Assembly (NCBI GenBank): GCA_012728555.1
Contig: JAAYEW010000054.1
Span: forward strand, 1 to 51,490
Length of the DNA stretch: 51,490 nt
Direction of reading: 5' to 3'
Source: Erysipelothrix sp.
Lineage (GTDB): Bacteria; Bacillota_I; Bacilli_A; Erysipelotrichales; Erysipelotrichaceae
The notes under the pieces were generated by a model. The model saw only the letters and a list, made by a program, of their open reading frames with translations, was not told the origin of the DNA and made no database searches. The position numbers were made by a program, and so were the translations under genes. Positions 38,345 through 47,240 of the stretch are shown here, in pieces; the first letter of the stretch is position 1; every line of letters begins with the position of its first letter.

Positions 38345-38896
38345 ATGTTAGAGCTAACAAAAAATCAGATTGAAAAACTTTTTGATGTTGGTAATCCTAT
38401 AACTCTCAACGAAGTATTAAATGCGAGAGAAAGAAGAGTTAGCCAGCAGGAATCATTGGTTTTAGATCATAGGAGCCAAACAATTCTTGTTGTTAAAAGC
38501 AACATTCCAGGCCCTATAAAAAACAACCAATACTTAATGAAAATTGGTTTATGGGGTCAAAAGTTGGTGTCAAAAACATTTAACACCTCAGCTGTATTAA
38601 TTAATGATGATAACTGTGGTTATGAAGCATTTTATGTCATTGATATTCCAGCATTAGAAGTCAAAGAGAAGATGATGTTGATTGAAGATAGTTATCCGCT
38701 TGGACGATTATTGGATGGAGATGTTTTTTATTTCTTTGAAAATGGTGTCCAAACGATAAGTCGATTGGACGCTCGCCAATGTTTTATTTGTAACAGAGAT
38801 TCTAAAAGTTGTGGTTCTCAACGGACTCATAGTGTTTCTCAGTTGCAAGAAAAAGTTAAAGAATTGTGTTTGTTACAATTAAAGGAGGAAAAATGA
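38345..38896 (+). CDS. citX: Apo-citrate lyase phosphoribosyl-dephospho-CoA transferase (holo-ACP synthase)
   Basis: 'ITLNEVLNARERRVSQQ' CitX N-terminal motif, 183 aa, in cit cluster context. Confidence 0.8.
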   Translation: MLELTKNQIEKLFDVGNPITLNEVLNARERRVSQQESLVLDHRSQTILVVKSNIPGPIKNNQYLMKIGLWGQKLVSKTFNTSAVLINDDNCGYEAFYVIDIPALEVKEKMMLIEDSYPLGRLLDGDVFYFFENGVQTISRLDARQCFICNRDSKSCGSQRTHSVSQLQEKVKELCLLQLKEEK

Positions 38897-40281
38897 ATCC
38901 TAAACGAGTTAGATTTATGGATACCATCTTAAGAGACGCTCACCAAAGTTTAATAGCAACTCGAATGACAACTGCTCAAATGGAACCCATTTTAGAGGTT
39001 CTAGACGATTGTGGTTTCGAGTCACTTGAAGTCTGGGGAGGAGCGACATTCGATAGTTGTTTACGTTTCTTAAATGAAGATCCTTGGGAAAGATTACGAA
39101 TTATCAGAAAACATGTAAAAAAGACAAAGCTTCAAATGCTTTTGCGTGGACAAAATTTACTAGGATATAAACATTACTCTGATGATGTTGTTGAAGAATT
39201 TGTTCGTTTATCTATCAAGAATGGTATTGATGTTATCCGTGTCTTTGATGCATTAAATGATTTAAGAAATATTGAAACATCAATGAAATCAATCAAAAAA
39301 TATGGTGGGGAAGCACAATGCTGCATTTGTTATACAATTTCAGATGTTCATACTGATCAGTACTATGTTGAGTTGGTTAAGAAGATGGAACAAATGGGAG
39401 CTGATTCCATTGCTATCAAAGATATGGCAGGGATTTTGACACCACACAATGCCTCTAAGTTAACAAAGGCGATTAAAGCTGTAACAAAACTGCCTCTTGA
39501 AATTCATACTCACGCAACGTCTGGAATATCAGAAATGACCTATTTAAAAGCTGTTGAAGCAGGGGCAGATATCATTGATACAGCACTTTCTCCTTTCTCA
39601 GGAGGTACTTCACAACCTGCAACCGAATCACTGATGATTGCTTTAGAGGAAATGGGTTATGAAACTGGACTAAATCTTCAAAAAATTAATGAAGCAGTGG
39701 CTTATTTCCAAAATGTTAAACAAGAGTTTGTGGACAATGGCTTATTCAATCCAAAAGTAATGGACATTGAACCCAAAACACTTATTTACCAAGTACCTGG
39801 AGGGATGTTGTCCAACTTGTTGAAGCAGTTAAAAGACGCTAAAAAAGAAAACCTATTCAAAGAAGTATTAGAAGAGATACCACGTGTCCGTAAGGAAATG
39901 GGTTATCCACCGCTAGTGACGCCGATGTCACAAATGGTTGGTACCCAAGCGGTTATGAATGTGATTAGTGGCGAACGCTACAAAATGGTTCCTAAAGAAA
40001 TTAAAGACTATGTTGGTGGTTTATATGGTCAAGCTCCAGCACCCTTAGATAGTGACATTGTTAAGATTGTCAATGGTGATAACACGATTATTACTGCGCG
40101 TCCTGCTGATTTATTAGCTCCTCAACTTGATCAATTTAGAAAAGAATTAAAAGATTTAGCGATGAGTGAGGAAGATGTATTAAGCTATGGGTTATTTCCT
40201 GCGGTTGCTTTGCCGTTCTTAAAGAAAAAACATGATCCATTTTATGATGTTGTTGAACAAATTGTTGAAGTAATATTGTAA
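38893..40281 (+). CDS. oadA: Oxaloacetate decarboxylase alpha subunit, carboxyltransferase domain only (no biotinyl domain)
   Basis: 'MDTILRDAHQSL' and TIM-barrel carboxyltransferase motifs ('HTHATSG'). ATG at 38893 with RBS AGGAGG, overlapping the citX stop. Confidence 0.9.
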   Translation: MNPKRVRFMDTILRDAHQSLIATRMTTAQMEPILEVLDDCGFESLEVWGGATFDSCLRFLNEDPWERLRIIRKHVKKTKLQMLLRGQNLLGYKHYSDDVVEEFVRLSIKNGIDVIRVFDALNDLRNIETSMKSIKKYGGEAQCCICYTISDVHTDQYYVELVKKMEQMGADSIAIKDMAGILTPHNASKLTKAIKAVTKLPLEIHTHATSGISEMTYLKAVEAGADIIDTALSPFSGGTSQPATESLMIALEEMGYETGLNLQKINEAVAYFQNVKQEFVDNGLFNPKVMDIEPKTLIYQVPGGMLSNLLKQLKDAKKENLFKEVLEEIPRVRKEMGYPPLVTPMSQMVGTQAVMNVISGERYKMVPKEIKDYVGGLYGQAPAPLDSDIVKIVNGDNTIITARPADLLAPQLDQFRKELKDLAMSEEDVLSYGLFPAVALPFLKKKHDPFYDVVEQIVEVIL

Positions 40282-40282
40282 T

Positions 40283-40615
40283 ATGGAAAAAATGACCAAG
40301 ATCCAAGCATATTTTAATATGATTAAAAATTATGAGTTGTTTGATGTATATATCAAGCAAAAATCTGTACGTTATAAAGCTGACAATGTTGTTAAGAAAC
40401 GGTTTTTTTCAGTAGCGATTTTACAAGCTATTTTATCTGTAGTTATTGGTAAAGGGATCGTTGATTTGAATGTTGAAGTTTTTGGTAATGGAAATTTACT
40501 AATCTATATGTTTTCACAAATCATAATGATTATTATTATGTGGCTAGTACTAAGTCCCTTTGCTGCAATCGTAATGCCAAATAAATTAATGTCGCATTTC
40601 AGTGAAGTTGAATAA
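40283..40615 (+). CDS. Hypothetical small membrane protein (2 TM)
   Basis: ORF only; hydrophobic segments 'FFSVAILQAILSVVIG' and 'IIMIIIMWLVLSPFAAIV'. It starts 2 nt after the oadA stop. Confidence 0.45.
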   Translation: MEKMTKIQAYFNMIKNYELFDVYIKQKSVRYKADNVVKKRFFSVAILQAILSVVIGKGIVDLNVEVFGNGNLLIYMFSQIIMIIIMWLVLSPFAAIVMPNKLMSHFSEVE

Positions 40616-40635
40616 CCAAATTATGATTGAAAAAG

Positions 40636-40679
40636 CTCCTATAAGTTAGATTAAAGTCTGATAAATAGGAGTCTTTTTT
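40636..40679 (+). terminator. Possible terminator ending the oad-citX-oadA transcription unit
   Basis: CTCCTAT...ATAGGAG stem with a long 22-nt loop, followed by TCTTTTTT. Confidence 0.4.
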
Positions 40680-40785
40680 AGTATAAATCATGCTTTTAGT
40701 TTTAGAACGGATATAAATTGATCCATTCTATCAAGTTCGTTCATCGTAGTGTTTTTTTAGTGTTTTAATTCACAAAATCGATTGC

Positions 40786-40799
40786 TGAAATCGATTACA
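40786..40799 (+). promoter_or_regulatory. cre-like CcpA site upstream of citD
   Basis: TGAAATCGATTACA fits TGNAANCGNWNNCW. It is part of the tandem AATCGATT palindromes at 40776-40796. Confidence 0.45.
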
Positions 40800-40834
40800 A
40801 GTTTTATATTAATAGCAAGAAAGGGGTGACTGAT

Positions 40835-41131
40835 TTGAAAATTAACCATAACGCTATCGCAGGGACTTTAGAGTCAAGTGACATTCAGGTCATGATAGAA
40901 CCAACAGAAAATGGAATTCACATCGATTTGCAAAGTAGTGTGATTGCCCAATACGGAGAACAAATCAAACAAACCGTAACCGAAGTACTTAAAAATCTAG
41001 AAGTAGAAAACGCCAGAGTAGTATGTATTGATAAAGGTGCATTAGAATGTACAATTCGATCAAGAGTTCAAACTGCTGTATTAAGAGCAAGTGACATGAA
41101 AGAAAATATTCCTTGGGGGACTAAGCTGTGA
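40835..41131 (+). CDS. citD: Citrate lyase acyl carrier protein (gamma subunit)
   Basis: 'MKINHNAIAGTLESSDIQV', with the prosthetic-group Ser in 'LESSD'. I prefer the TTG at 40835 (RBS AAAGGGG) to the GTG at 40826. Confidence 0.88.
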   Translation: MKINHNAIAGTLESSDIQVMIEPTENGIHIDLQSSVIAQYGEQIKQTVTEVLKNLEVENARVVCIDKGALECTIRSRVQTAVLRASDMKENIPWGTKL

Positions 41132-42021
41132 AAAATAGATTAAGAAGAACCATGATGTTCTTAAACTGTCAACGAGCTTCCTTGGTGAAAGATGCTTATA
41201 TCTTCAAGCCAGATTGTGTCATCTTAGACCTAGAAGATGCTGTTAGTTTAAGAGAAAAAGATTCAGCTCGTGTTCAACTTTATAACACTTTAAAATATGT
41301 TGATTACAAAGGTGTCGAACGATGGGTCCGAATCAACGCAGTTTCAACAGAATGGTACAAGGAAGATATCCGAGCTGCAATTGCTGGAGGATGTGATGGA
41401 ATTCGTTTACCAATGACAGAAACAGTTGATGAAGTCAAAGAAGTCGACCGCTTAATGACATTAGCAGAAGAGGAATTTGGTGTAAAGATTGGTTCAACCA
41501 TGTTAATGGCAGCTATCGAATCACCATTAGGAGTTATTAATGCGTATTCTATCTGTACTGCCAGCAATCGAATGATGGGGGTTGCTTTAAGTGCAGGAGA
41601 TTTCAGAAGAACGATGCATGCCCAAACAACAGCTACAGGTGATGAGTTGTTTGTCGCTCGTTCAATGATATTAATGGCTGCTCGTGCAGCAAATATTATG
41701 GCGTTTGATACAGTGTATACCGATATCAACAATGATGCTGGATTACTTAGAGAAACCGAACTTATCTACAACATGGGATTTGATGGTAAATCAATTATTA
41801 GTCCACGTCAAATAGCCACAATTAATTCGGTTTTTACTCCAAGTACAAAGCAAATTGAACACGCAATTCATATCGTTGAAGCAGTTGAAGAAAGTTCAAA
41901 ATCAGGAGTTGGAGTATTAATAGTGGATGGTCAAATGGTCGATATAGCTCATGTTGAGGGAGCAAAACGAACACTCCAACTTGCGAAAGCAGCCAATAAG
42001 TATGAGGGGGATCTAGTATGA
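41128..42021 (+). CDS. citE: Citrate lyase beta subunit (citryl-ACP lyase)
   Basis: HpcH/CitE fold: 'RRTMMF...DCVILDLEDAV' and 'IESP'. GTGA overlap with citD. Confidence 0.92.
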   Translation: MKNRLRRTMMFLNCQRASLVKDAYIFKPDCVILDLEDAVSLREKDSARVQLYNTLKYVDYKGVERWVRINAVSTEWYKEDIRAAIAGGCDGIRLPMTETVDEVKEVDRLMTLAEEEFGVKIGSTMLMAAIESPLGVINAYSICTASNRMMGVALSAGDFRRTMHAQTTATGDELFVARSMILMAARAANIMAFDTVYTDINNDAGLLRETELIYNMGFDGKSIISPRQIATINSVFTPSTKQIEHAIHIVEAVEESSKSGVGVLIVDGQMVDIAHVEGAKRTLQLAKAANKYEGDLV

Positions 42022-43565
42022 TAAACAAAGTAAACAGAGAGATACCTGATGAGTTTTTAATCAATGGGCGTGAAGTTTTCCAAGGAGCTTATTATCGTAA
42101 AAACTACGAATATACTAAAGCAAGCCCTACTGTAAAATCCGATGTTCAACCAAGAGACTCAAAATTAGTTGCCTCGCTAAGAGAAGCAATTGAAAAATGT
42201 GGACTTAAAGATGGCATGACCGTATCGTTTCACCATCACTTTAGAAATGGTGATTATGTTTGTTCATTAGTATTTGATGTGATTCACGAAATGGGAATCA
42301 AAGATATCAATTTAGTCGCATCCAGTCTGGGAAAAGCACAAGCCAGCATTGTTCCTTATATTGAAGATGGAACGATCACTCGAATCTCTTCTTCAGGAGT
42401 TCGTGATGAAATAGGAAACGCTATCTCAGCTGGTAAATTAAAACATCCAGCTTGGATTCGGACACATGGAGGTCGCTGTCGCGCAATCGAAACCGGTGAT
42501 GAACATATCGATGTTGCCTTTATCGGAGCCCCAACCTCAGATGACTATGGTAATGCATCCGGAAAGGGTGGCAAGAGTGATTGCGGTGTCTTAAGTTATG
42601 CTGAAGTTGACGCAAAATATGCTGACAAAGTTGTTGTTGTGACAGATACTCTTGTGGCGTATCCAAATCATCCATACGGAATCAAAGGAATTGATGTCGA
42701 TTACGTTGTTGTTGTTGATCAAGTAGGAGATGCACGTAAGATTGCTGGAAACGCAATTCGAATGACTTCTGATCCTCGTGAATTAATGATTGCAGAATAT
42801 GCAACAAAATGTGTAGTGAACACTCCTTGGTTTAGAGATGGTTTTTCCTTCCAAACAGGAGCAGGAGGAAGTTCATTAGCGGTCACCCAATTCTTAAAAC
42901 CACATATGGATGAAAAAAACATCAAGATGGGATTTGCTTTAGGAGGAATCACAAAGCAAATGGTCGACTTATTAAAAGAAGGTTATATCCGCAAGATAGC
43001 AGATACCCAAGACTTTGATATCCCAGCTGTAGAATCTGTGAATACGACTCCAGGTCACTTTGAAATTTCCACGAGTGAATACGCGAATCCTATGAATAAA
43101 GGGGCATATGTCAACAAATTAGATTATGTTATTCTAGGAGCACTTGAAGTAGATGTTGATTATAACGTCAACGTTGTTGTTGGTTCTGACGGAATGATAC
43201 AAGGAGCTCCAGGAGGACACGTTGATACAGCAGCAGGATCAAAAGTTTGTATCATTGTAACTCCATTAATTAGAGGAAGACTTGCGACAGTTAGATCAAA
43301 TGTGACTTCTGTTACAACTCCCGGAGAAAGCGTTGATATCGTGGTTACAGATTATGGTGTCGCAATTAACCCTCTGCGACAAGATTTAATGGATTGTCTA
43401 TCAAAAACTGATTTACCACTAGTTACGATAGAAGAATTAAGAGATATTGCTTATTCGATTGTTGGAGAGCCTAACGATATCGAATTTGAAGAAAAAGTTG
43501 TTGCTTTGGTTGAGTATCGCGATGGAACATTAATTGATGTGATTCGTCAACCAAAAAACATATAA
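42018..43565 (+). CDS. citF: Citrate lyase alpha subunit (citrate CoA-transferase)
   Basis: 515 aa, 'SFHHHFRNGD' and 'FQTGAGG'. ATGA overlap with citE. Confidence 0.92.
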   Translation: MINKVNREIPDEFLINGREVFQGAYYRKNYEYTKASPTVKSDVQPRDSKLVASLREAIEKCGLKDGMTVSFHHHFRNGDYVCSLVFDVIHEMGIKDINLVASSLGKAQASIVPYIEDGTITRISSSGVRDEIGNAISAGKLKHPAWIRTHGGRCRAIETGDEHIDVAFIGAPTSDDYGNASGKGGKSDCGVLSYAEVDAKYADKVVVVTDTLVAYPNHPYGIKGIDVDYVVVVDQVGDARKIAGNAIRMTSDPRELMIAEYATKCVVNTPWFRDGFSFQTGAGGSSLAVTQFLKPHMDEKNIKMGFALGGITKQMVDLLKEGYIRKIADTQDFDIPAVESVNTTPGHFEISTSEYANPMNKGAYVNKLDYVILGALEVDVDYNVNVVVGSDGMIQGAPGGHVDTAAGSKVCIIVTPLIRGRLATVRSNVTSVTTPGESVDIVVTDYGVAINPLRQDLMDCLSKTDLPLVTIEELRDIAYSIVGEPNDIEFEEKVVALVEYRDGTLIDVIRQPKNI

Positions 43566-43587
43566 AGAGATAGAGAGAGGAAAAAAT

Positions 43588-44958
43588 ATGACATTAACTA
43601 TCTTGTCATGGGCTATGATTGTTGTCTTTATGACATTAATCATGACAAAAAAACTTAGCCCGTTTACAGCATTAGTTGTTGTTCCACTTGTCTTTGTGTT
43701 AGTCGGTTCGTTGATGGGGTTATATCCTGAACAAGCACTAGAACTAGTAAAAGGCGATTCAATTTGGCATCAAGTCCTTGTTATTGGGCAATGGATTCGT
43801 GCAGGAGTCGTAAAAACAGGTCCTACAGGAATCATGCTATTGTTTGCGATTCTATACTTCGCAATAATGCTAAATGCAGGAATGTTTGATCCAATTACCA
43901 AGAAAATGCTTCAATTTGCTGGTGGAGATCCAGTAAAAGTTTTAGTAGCAACAGCTGTTGTTGCAGCTGCAGTTTCTTTAAATGGTGATGGAACGACGAC
44001 TACATTGATTACTTGTACTGCATTCTTACCTATTTATAACAAATTAGGAATTAGCAAAATGTACTTAGCTGTTGTAACGGTTCTAATGAACACCATTATG
44101 AACTTACTACCTTGGGGAGGTCCTTCAGCACGTGTTATCTCGGTTCTTCCAGAACTCAGTGATGCAGATGTACTTAATGCTTTAGCACCAGGAATGGTAG
44201 TAGCGGTTATCTACATGTTAGGTGTTGCTGTTTACATGGGTATTAAAGAAAGAAAACGTTTAGGTGTTGTTAACTTATCCAATACAGAAATTGAAGAATT
44301 AGTTAAGCCAGCGTCTGAAGAAGAACAAGCACTAAAACGTCCTAAGAACTTCTTAGTGAACTTAGCATTAACCATCTTATTGATTTATTTACTAATGTCT
44401 CAAACTTTCCCTTCATTAACATTGTTCATGGTTGGAACAGTCTTGGCGCTAATGATTAACTATCCAAAATTAAAAGACCAAAAAGCACGGATTCAAGATA
44501 ATGCAGGAGATGCATTACAAGTAGTTATCTTAGTGTTTGGAGCAGGAGCATTTACCGGATTATTTGAAGGTTCTGGTATGTCAACTGCACTTGCAACTTC
44601 AATTGCAAACATTATTCCTTCTAGTTTTGGATCATTCTGGGGACTTATTACTGCACTATTATCTGCACCAGGAACATTCTTCTTATCGAATGATGCATTC
44701 TACTATGGTGTTCTTCCAGTACTTGCAGAAGCAGGAGCTCAATACGGTTATACTGCACTTGAGTTAGGGGTTGCTTCATTACTTGGACAAGCGTTCCACT
44801 TGTTATCACCACTTGTAGCATTCATTTATTTACTCTTAAGTTTGACCGAACAAGACTTGGGCGAATGGCAAAAAGAATCAGCTAAATGGGCTTTAGGAAT
44901 CTTCGTCATCTTTATTGCTCTAGCAGCGATTACAGGTAGTGTCCCACTTTATAAATAA
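43588..44958 (+). CDS. CitMHS-family citrate:metal/H+ symporter
   Basis: N-terminus 'LTILSWAMIVVFMTLIMTKKLSPFTALVVVPLVF' is typical of CitM/CitH. About 12 TM helices, in cit cluster context. Confidence 0.85.
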   Translation: MTLTILSWAMIVVFMTLIMTKKLSPFTALVVVPLVFVLVGSLMGLYPEQALELVKGDSIWHQVLVIGQWIRAGVVKTGPTGIMLLFAILYFAIMLNAGMFDPITKKMLQFAGGDPVKVLVATAVVAAAVSLNGDGTTTTLITCTAFLPIYNKLGISKMYLAVVTVLMNTIMNLLPWGGPSARVISVLPELSDADVLNALAPGMVVAVIYMLGVAVYMGIKERKRLGVVNLSNTEIEELVKPASEEEQALKRPKNFLVNLALTILLIYLLMSQTFPSLTLFMVGTVLALMINYPKLKDQKARIQDNAGDALQVVILVFGAGAFTGLFEGSGMSTALATSIANIIPSSFGSFWGLITALLSAPGTFFLSNDAFYYGVLPVLAEAGAQYGYTALELGVASLLGQAFHLLSPLVAFIYLLLSLTEQDLGEWQKESAKWALGIFVIFIALAAITGSVPLYK

Positions 44959-44970
44959 AATAAACTAAAA

Positions 44971-45598
44971 GCGAAACTTTAAACTGGACCCTATAGGGCA
45001 GACACTAATAAAAAGGTGTTTAACTCCTATAGGGTTTTTATTATACTAAAAGTCACAAGGATTCACTATGCCTAGAAATTATTTCACCAATAATCAGTGT
45101 GAAGAACTTAAAAATCAAAATGAGTGGAAAAAGTGATATAAGCTTATGTTCAGTTTACCCATGAGTTTAAAAGAGAATTTTTAAAAAGGAATTATGAGGC
45201 GTTAGCCCATCAACTATTCTTTTGAATCTTGGAATAGAGCCTTCTCAAAGAAGTTAACATTACACCTTCTATGTCTCAAAGAGGTCATTGTTGGGATAAT
45301 GCTTTACAAGAATCCTTCTTTGCATTACAAAAGACAGAACTAAACTTATTTGAATAAAAAACATTTGACTCACTAGCATTTGCAATCACGGATTACATTT
45401 ACTACAATTATGATCGTTCTCAAATTGGGATTCATAAAATGACTTCCTATGAATAGGATTACTATTTATCATCCTCTAAATACTCAGACCTGCTCGTTAC
45501 AGCTTTAATAGTCTATTAAAAAAGTGAATGAGTTTTTAGTTCATTCACTTATTACTTTTTTTATTGTCCTTGACTTGGGTTCCAGTTTAAAGTCTCGC
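44971..45598 (+). mobile_element. Decayed, internally deleted IS3-family element remnant bounded by imperfect 21/22-bp inverted repeats
   Basis: Left IR GCGAAACTTTAAACTGGACCC (44971-44991). Right IR GGGTTCCAGTTTAAAGTCTCGC (45577-45598). They differ by one mismatch and one indel. Transposase fragments lie inside. Confidence 0.65.
45068..45455 (+). pseudogene. IS3-family transposase pseudogene fragments (OrfA HTH piece + extreme C-terminus of OrfB)
   Basis: 'MPRNYFTNNQCEELKNQ...', 'THEFKREFLKRNYE', 'SMSQRGHCWDNALQESFFALQKTE' and 'AITDYIYYNYDRSQ', spread over different frames and interrupted by stops. The DDE core is missing. Confidence 0.75.
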
Positions 45599-45627
45599 TT
45601 CTTCGCTTTAATGAAATTTTGATCCTA

Positions 45628-46440
45628 TCAAAAGAACCTCTGTGCGTGACACAAAAAATGAGTTAACGCTAAGTAATCAGCACTTCCACCAGGACTGATA
45701 TTTTTTTGTTTAAAATCATCGTTCATTGTCAATAACCGTGAAATGAGTGTATCAGGAAATTTTTTTATATGTTCAAGAACATTTTTTGAGTAGTCTTGTA
45801 CATAGTGTAACCCAGATTGATTGGATCGATGAAGAATAGTCGTATCTTCTAATTCACTCATACTCGTTAACAGAATTAAATAAAAGGCCATTTCAGAAGG
45901 ATTGTTTTGAAACAACGGGAGCAACTTCTTAAAAACTAGGTCAAACCCTGTGTAAGCCTCATGCCGAATTCCTTTGATCTGATGATTGATGTAAAGTTTC
46001 TCACCATGGGACAACAGTTCATGATTCTTAAGTTGTTCAAAATCACTTAGAATATCCTTCGTGATTATTTTGATGATGGATTGTATGTCCTCAAACTGGA
46101 GCTTGTGTTCTTCACAATAACTACAAGCAGCAAGGACTATAGCCATCATAAAGTTGAGCCCTTTATGAGTATTAATCTGGTTGGTTGCGCTGAACATATC
46201 TTTTTCTGCGATTTGACCTTGGTGTCGCAGTAAACAAAACATGTTGTTTAGTGAAGCGGTTCTACCAATGGTTTCATACTCTTTAAAGTGAGATAAAAGT
46301 GCATTACTGCTAGCAATAAAAGTAGAAACATCCATATCAATATGGGAACCATTATCTAAAGGATCTACAAGACCAGGTTTGTAGGGCAAATTTACTTCAA
46401 AAAGAGTCGACTCATACGCAAGTTGATAAAGTTGAGTCAT
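45628..46440 (-). CDS. citG: Triphosphoribosyl-dephospho-CoA synthase
   Basis: 'YKPGLVDPLDNGSHIDMD' and 'SPGGSADYLA'. Confidence 0.85.
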   Translation of the reverse strand: MTQLYQLAYESTLFEVNLPYKPGLVDPLDNGSHIDMDVSTFIASSNALLSHFKEYETIGRTASLNNMFCLLRHQGQIAEKDMFSATNQINTHKGLNFMMAIVLAACSYCEEHKLQFEDIQSIIKIITKDILSDFEQLKNHELLSHGEKLYINHQIKGIRHEAYTGFDLVFKKLLPLFQNNPSEMAFYLILLTSMSELEDTTILHRSNQSGLHYVQDYSKNVLEHIKKFPDTLISRLLTMNDDFKQKNISPGGSADYLALTHFLCHAQRFF

Positions 46441-47135
46441 TGGTTTAAGCTTTCAACAATTCTTAAAATAGCTTGTTTCGATCCATTGATATGCTCGACG
46501 GTAATCATGTTAATGAGTTCTTCGTCCTTGTTTTTGAGTGCTCTCAAAATTATCGCATGTTCATCAATCGCAATTTTTCCTCTGAAACTGTCTTTCATTG
46601 ACATGTCTCTAAAACGAAATAGGTAGTCTTTTAAATTATTCAACAGCGAACTCAATCGCGGCATCTTTGCAGCTTTCTGAATAGTTTCATTATATATAGT
46701 AGTTAATCGAACAACTTCTGCATAGTTTTGGTTGTTGTAGGCAGTGTATGTATCGTCAATGATATTATCTAAAAACTTAAATTCTTCTGGTGTTAAATTC
46801 ATCATCGCACTCTTAAAACATAAAGTTTCAAGAGCGATTCTTAATTCGAAAATTTCGTGAACATCTTTAGTAGTTACTTTCGACACGATTGTTCCAAGAC
46901 GAGGAATATGTTCTAATAATCCTTCAAACTGAATTCTACGAATTGCTTCACGGATTGGAGTGCGTGAAATATTCAACATTTCTGCGTATTGTTTTTCGTT
47001 AATACGAGCACCCACCGGAATGATCCCAGTAATGATGCATCGCCGCAGACCTTCATAAACGATTTCATTCAAAGGTAAATTTTGATTTAGATTAATGTTG
47101 TTTTTTAAATCATTAAGATATGTTTTCATAGCCAC
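46437..47135 (-). CDS. GntR-family (FadR-type C-domain) transcriptional regulator, CitO-like
   Basis: wHTH 'EKQYAEMLNISRTPIREAIRRIQFEGLL' and an all-alpha C-domain. ATGA overlap with citG, adjacent to the cit genes. Confidence 0.8.
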   Translation of the reverse strand: MAMKTYLNDLKNNINLNQNLPLNEIVYEGLRRCIITGIIPVGARINEKQYAEMLNISRTPIREAIRRIQFEGLLEHIPRLGTIVSKVTTKDVHEIFELRIALETLCFKSAMMNLTPEEFKFLDNIIDDTYTAYNNQNYAEVVRLTTIYNETIQKAAKMPRLSSLLNNLKDYLFRFRDMSMKDSFRGKIAIDEHAIILRALKNKDEELINMITVEHINGSKQAILRIVESLNQ

Positions 47136-47240
47136 CTCTTGGTATAATTATAGCATACATAGTTCATCGTAATAAACTGCAAATACGTGTTAAACCCTTT
47201 TAAATGCAGTATAATTGATTTAGTGAAAGGAAGTGAAAGC

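Noticed and set aside
41304-41732. A 142-aa antisense ORF inside citE. Other track ORFs antisense to or out of frame with strong genes include 442-675, 3682-3925, 5136-5357, 5677-5925, 8141-8332, 8538-8741, 9515-9700, 15236-15430, 19829-20044, 22222-22656, 27329-27514, 30611-30856, 31287-31469, 31970-32170, 34109-34300, 36855-37067, 37734-38100, 40136-40360, 41834-42064, 42719-42952, 44537-44767, 46423-46626, 47465-47698, 48505-49644 and 50559-50744.
   Set aside because: All lie entirely within, or mostly overlap, CDSs with clear family signatures. They have low-complexity or odd composition and lack RBS support. They are typical shadow ORFs.
44987-45033. Two copies of CCTATAGGG (44988-44996 and 45026-45034) considered as a terminator or independent repeat element.
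   Set aside because: Each copy is a short self-complementary 8-9-mer with no loop. The copies are direct repeats, not inverted, and they lie inside the left end of the IS remnant. They are most simply part of that element.
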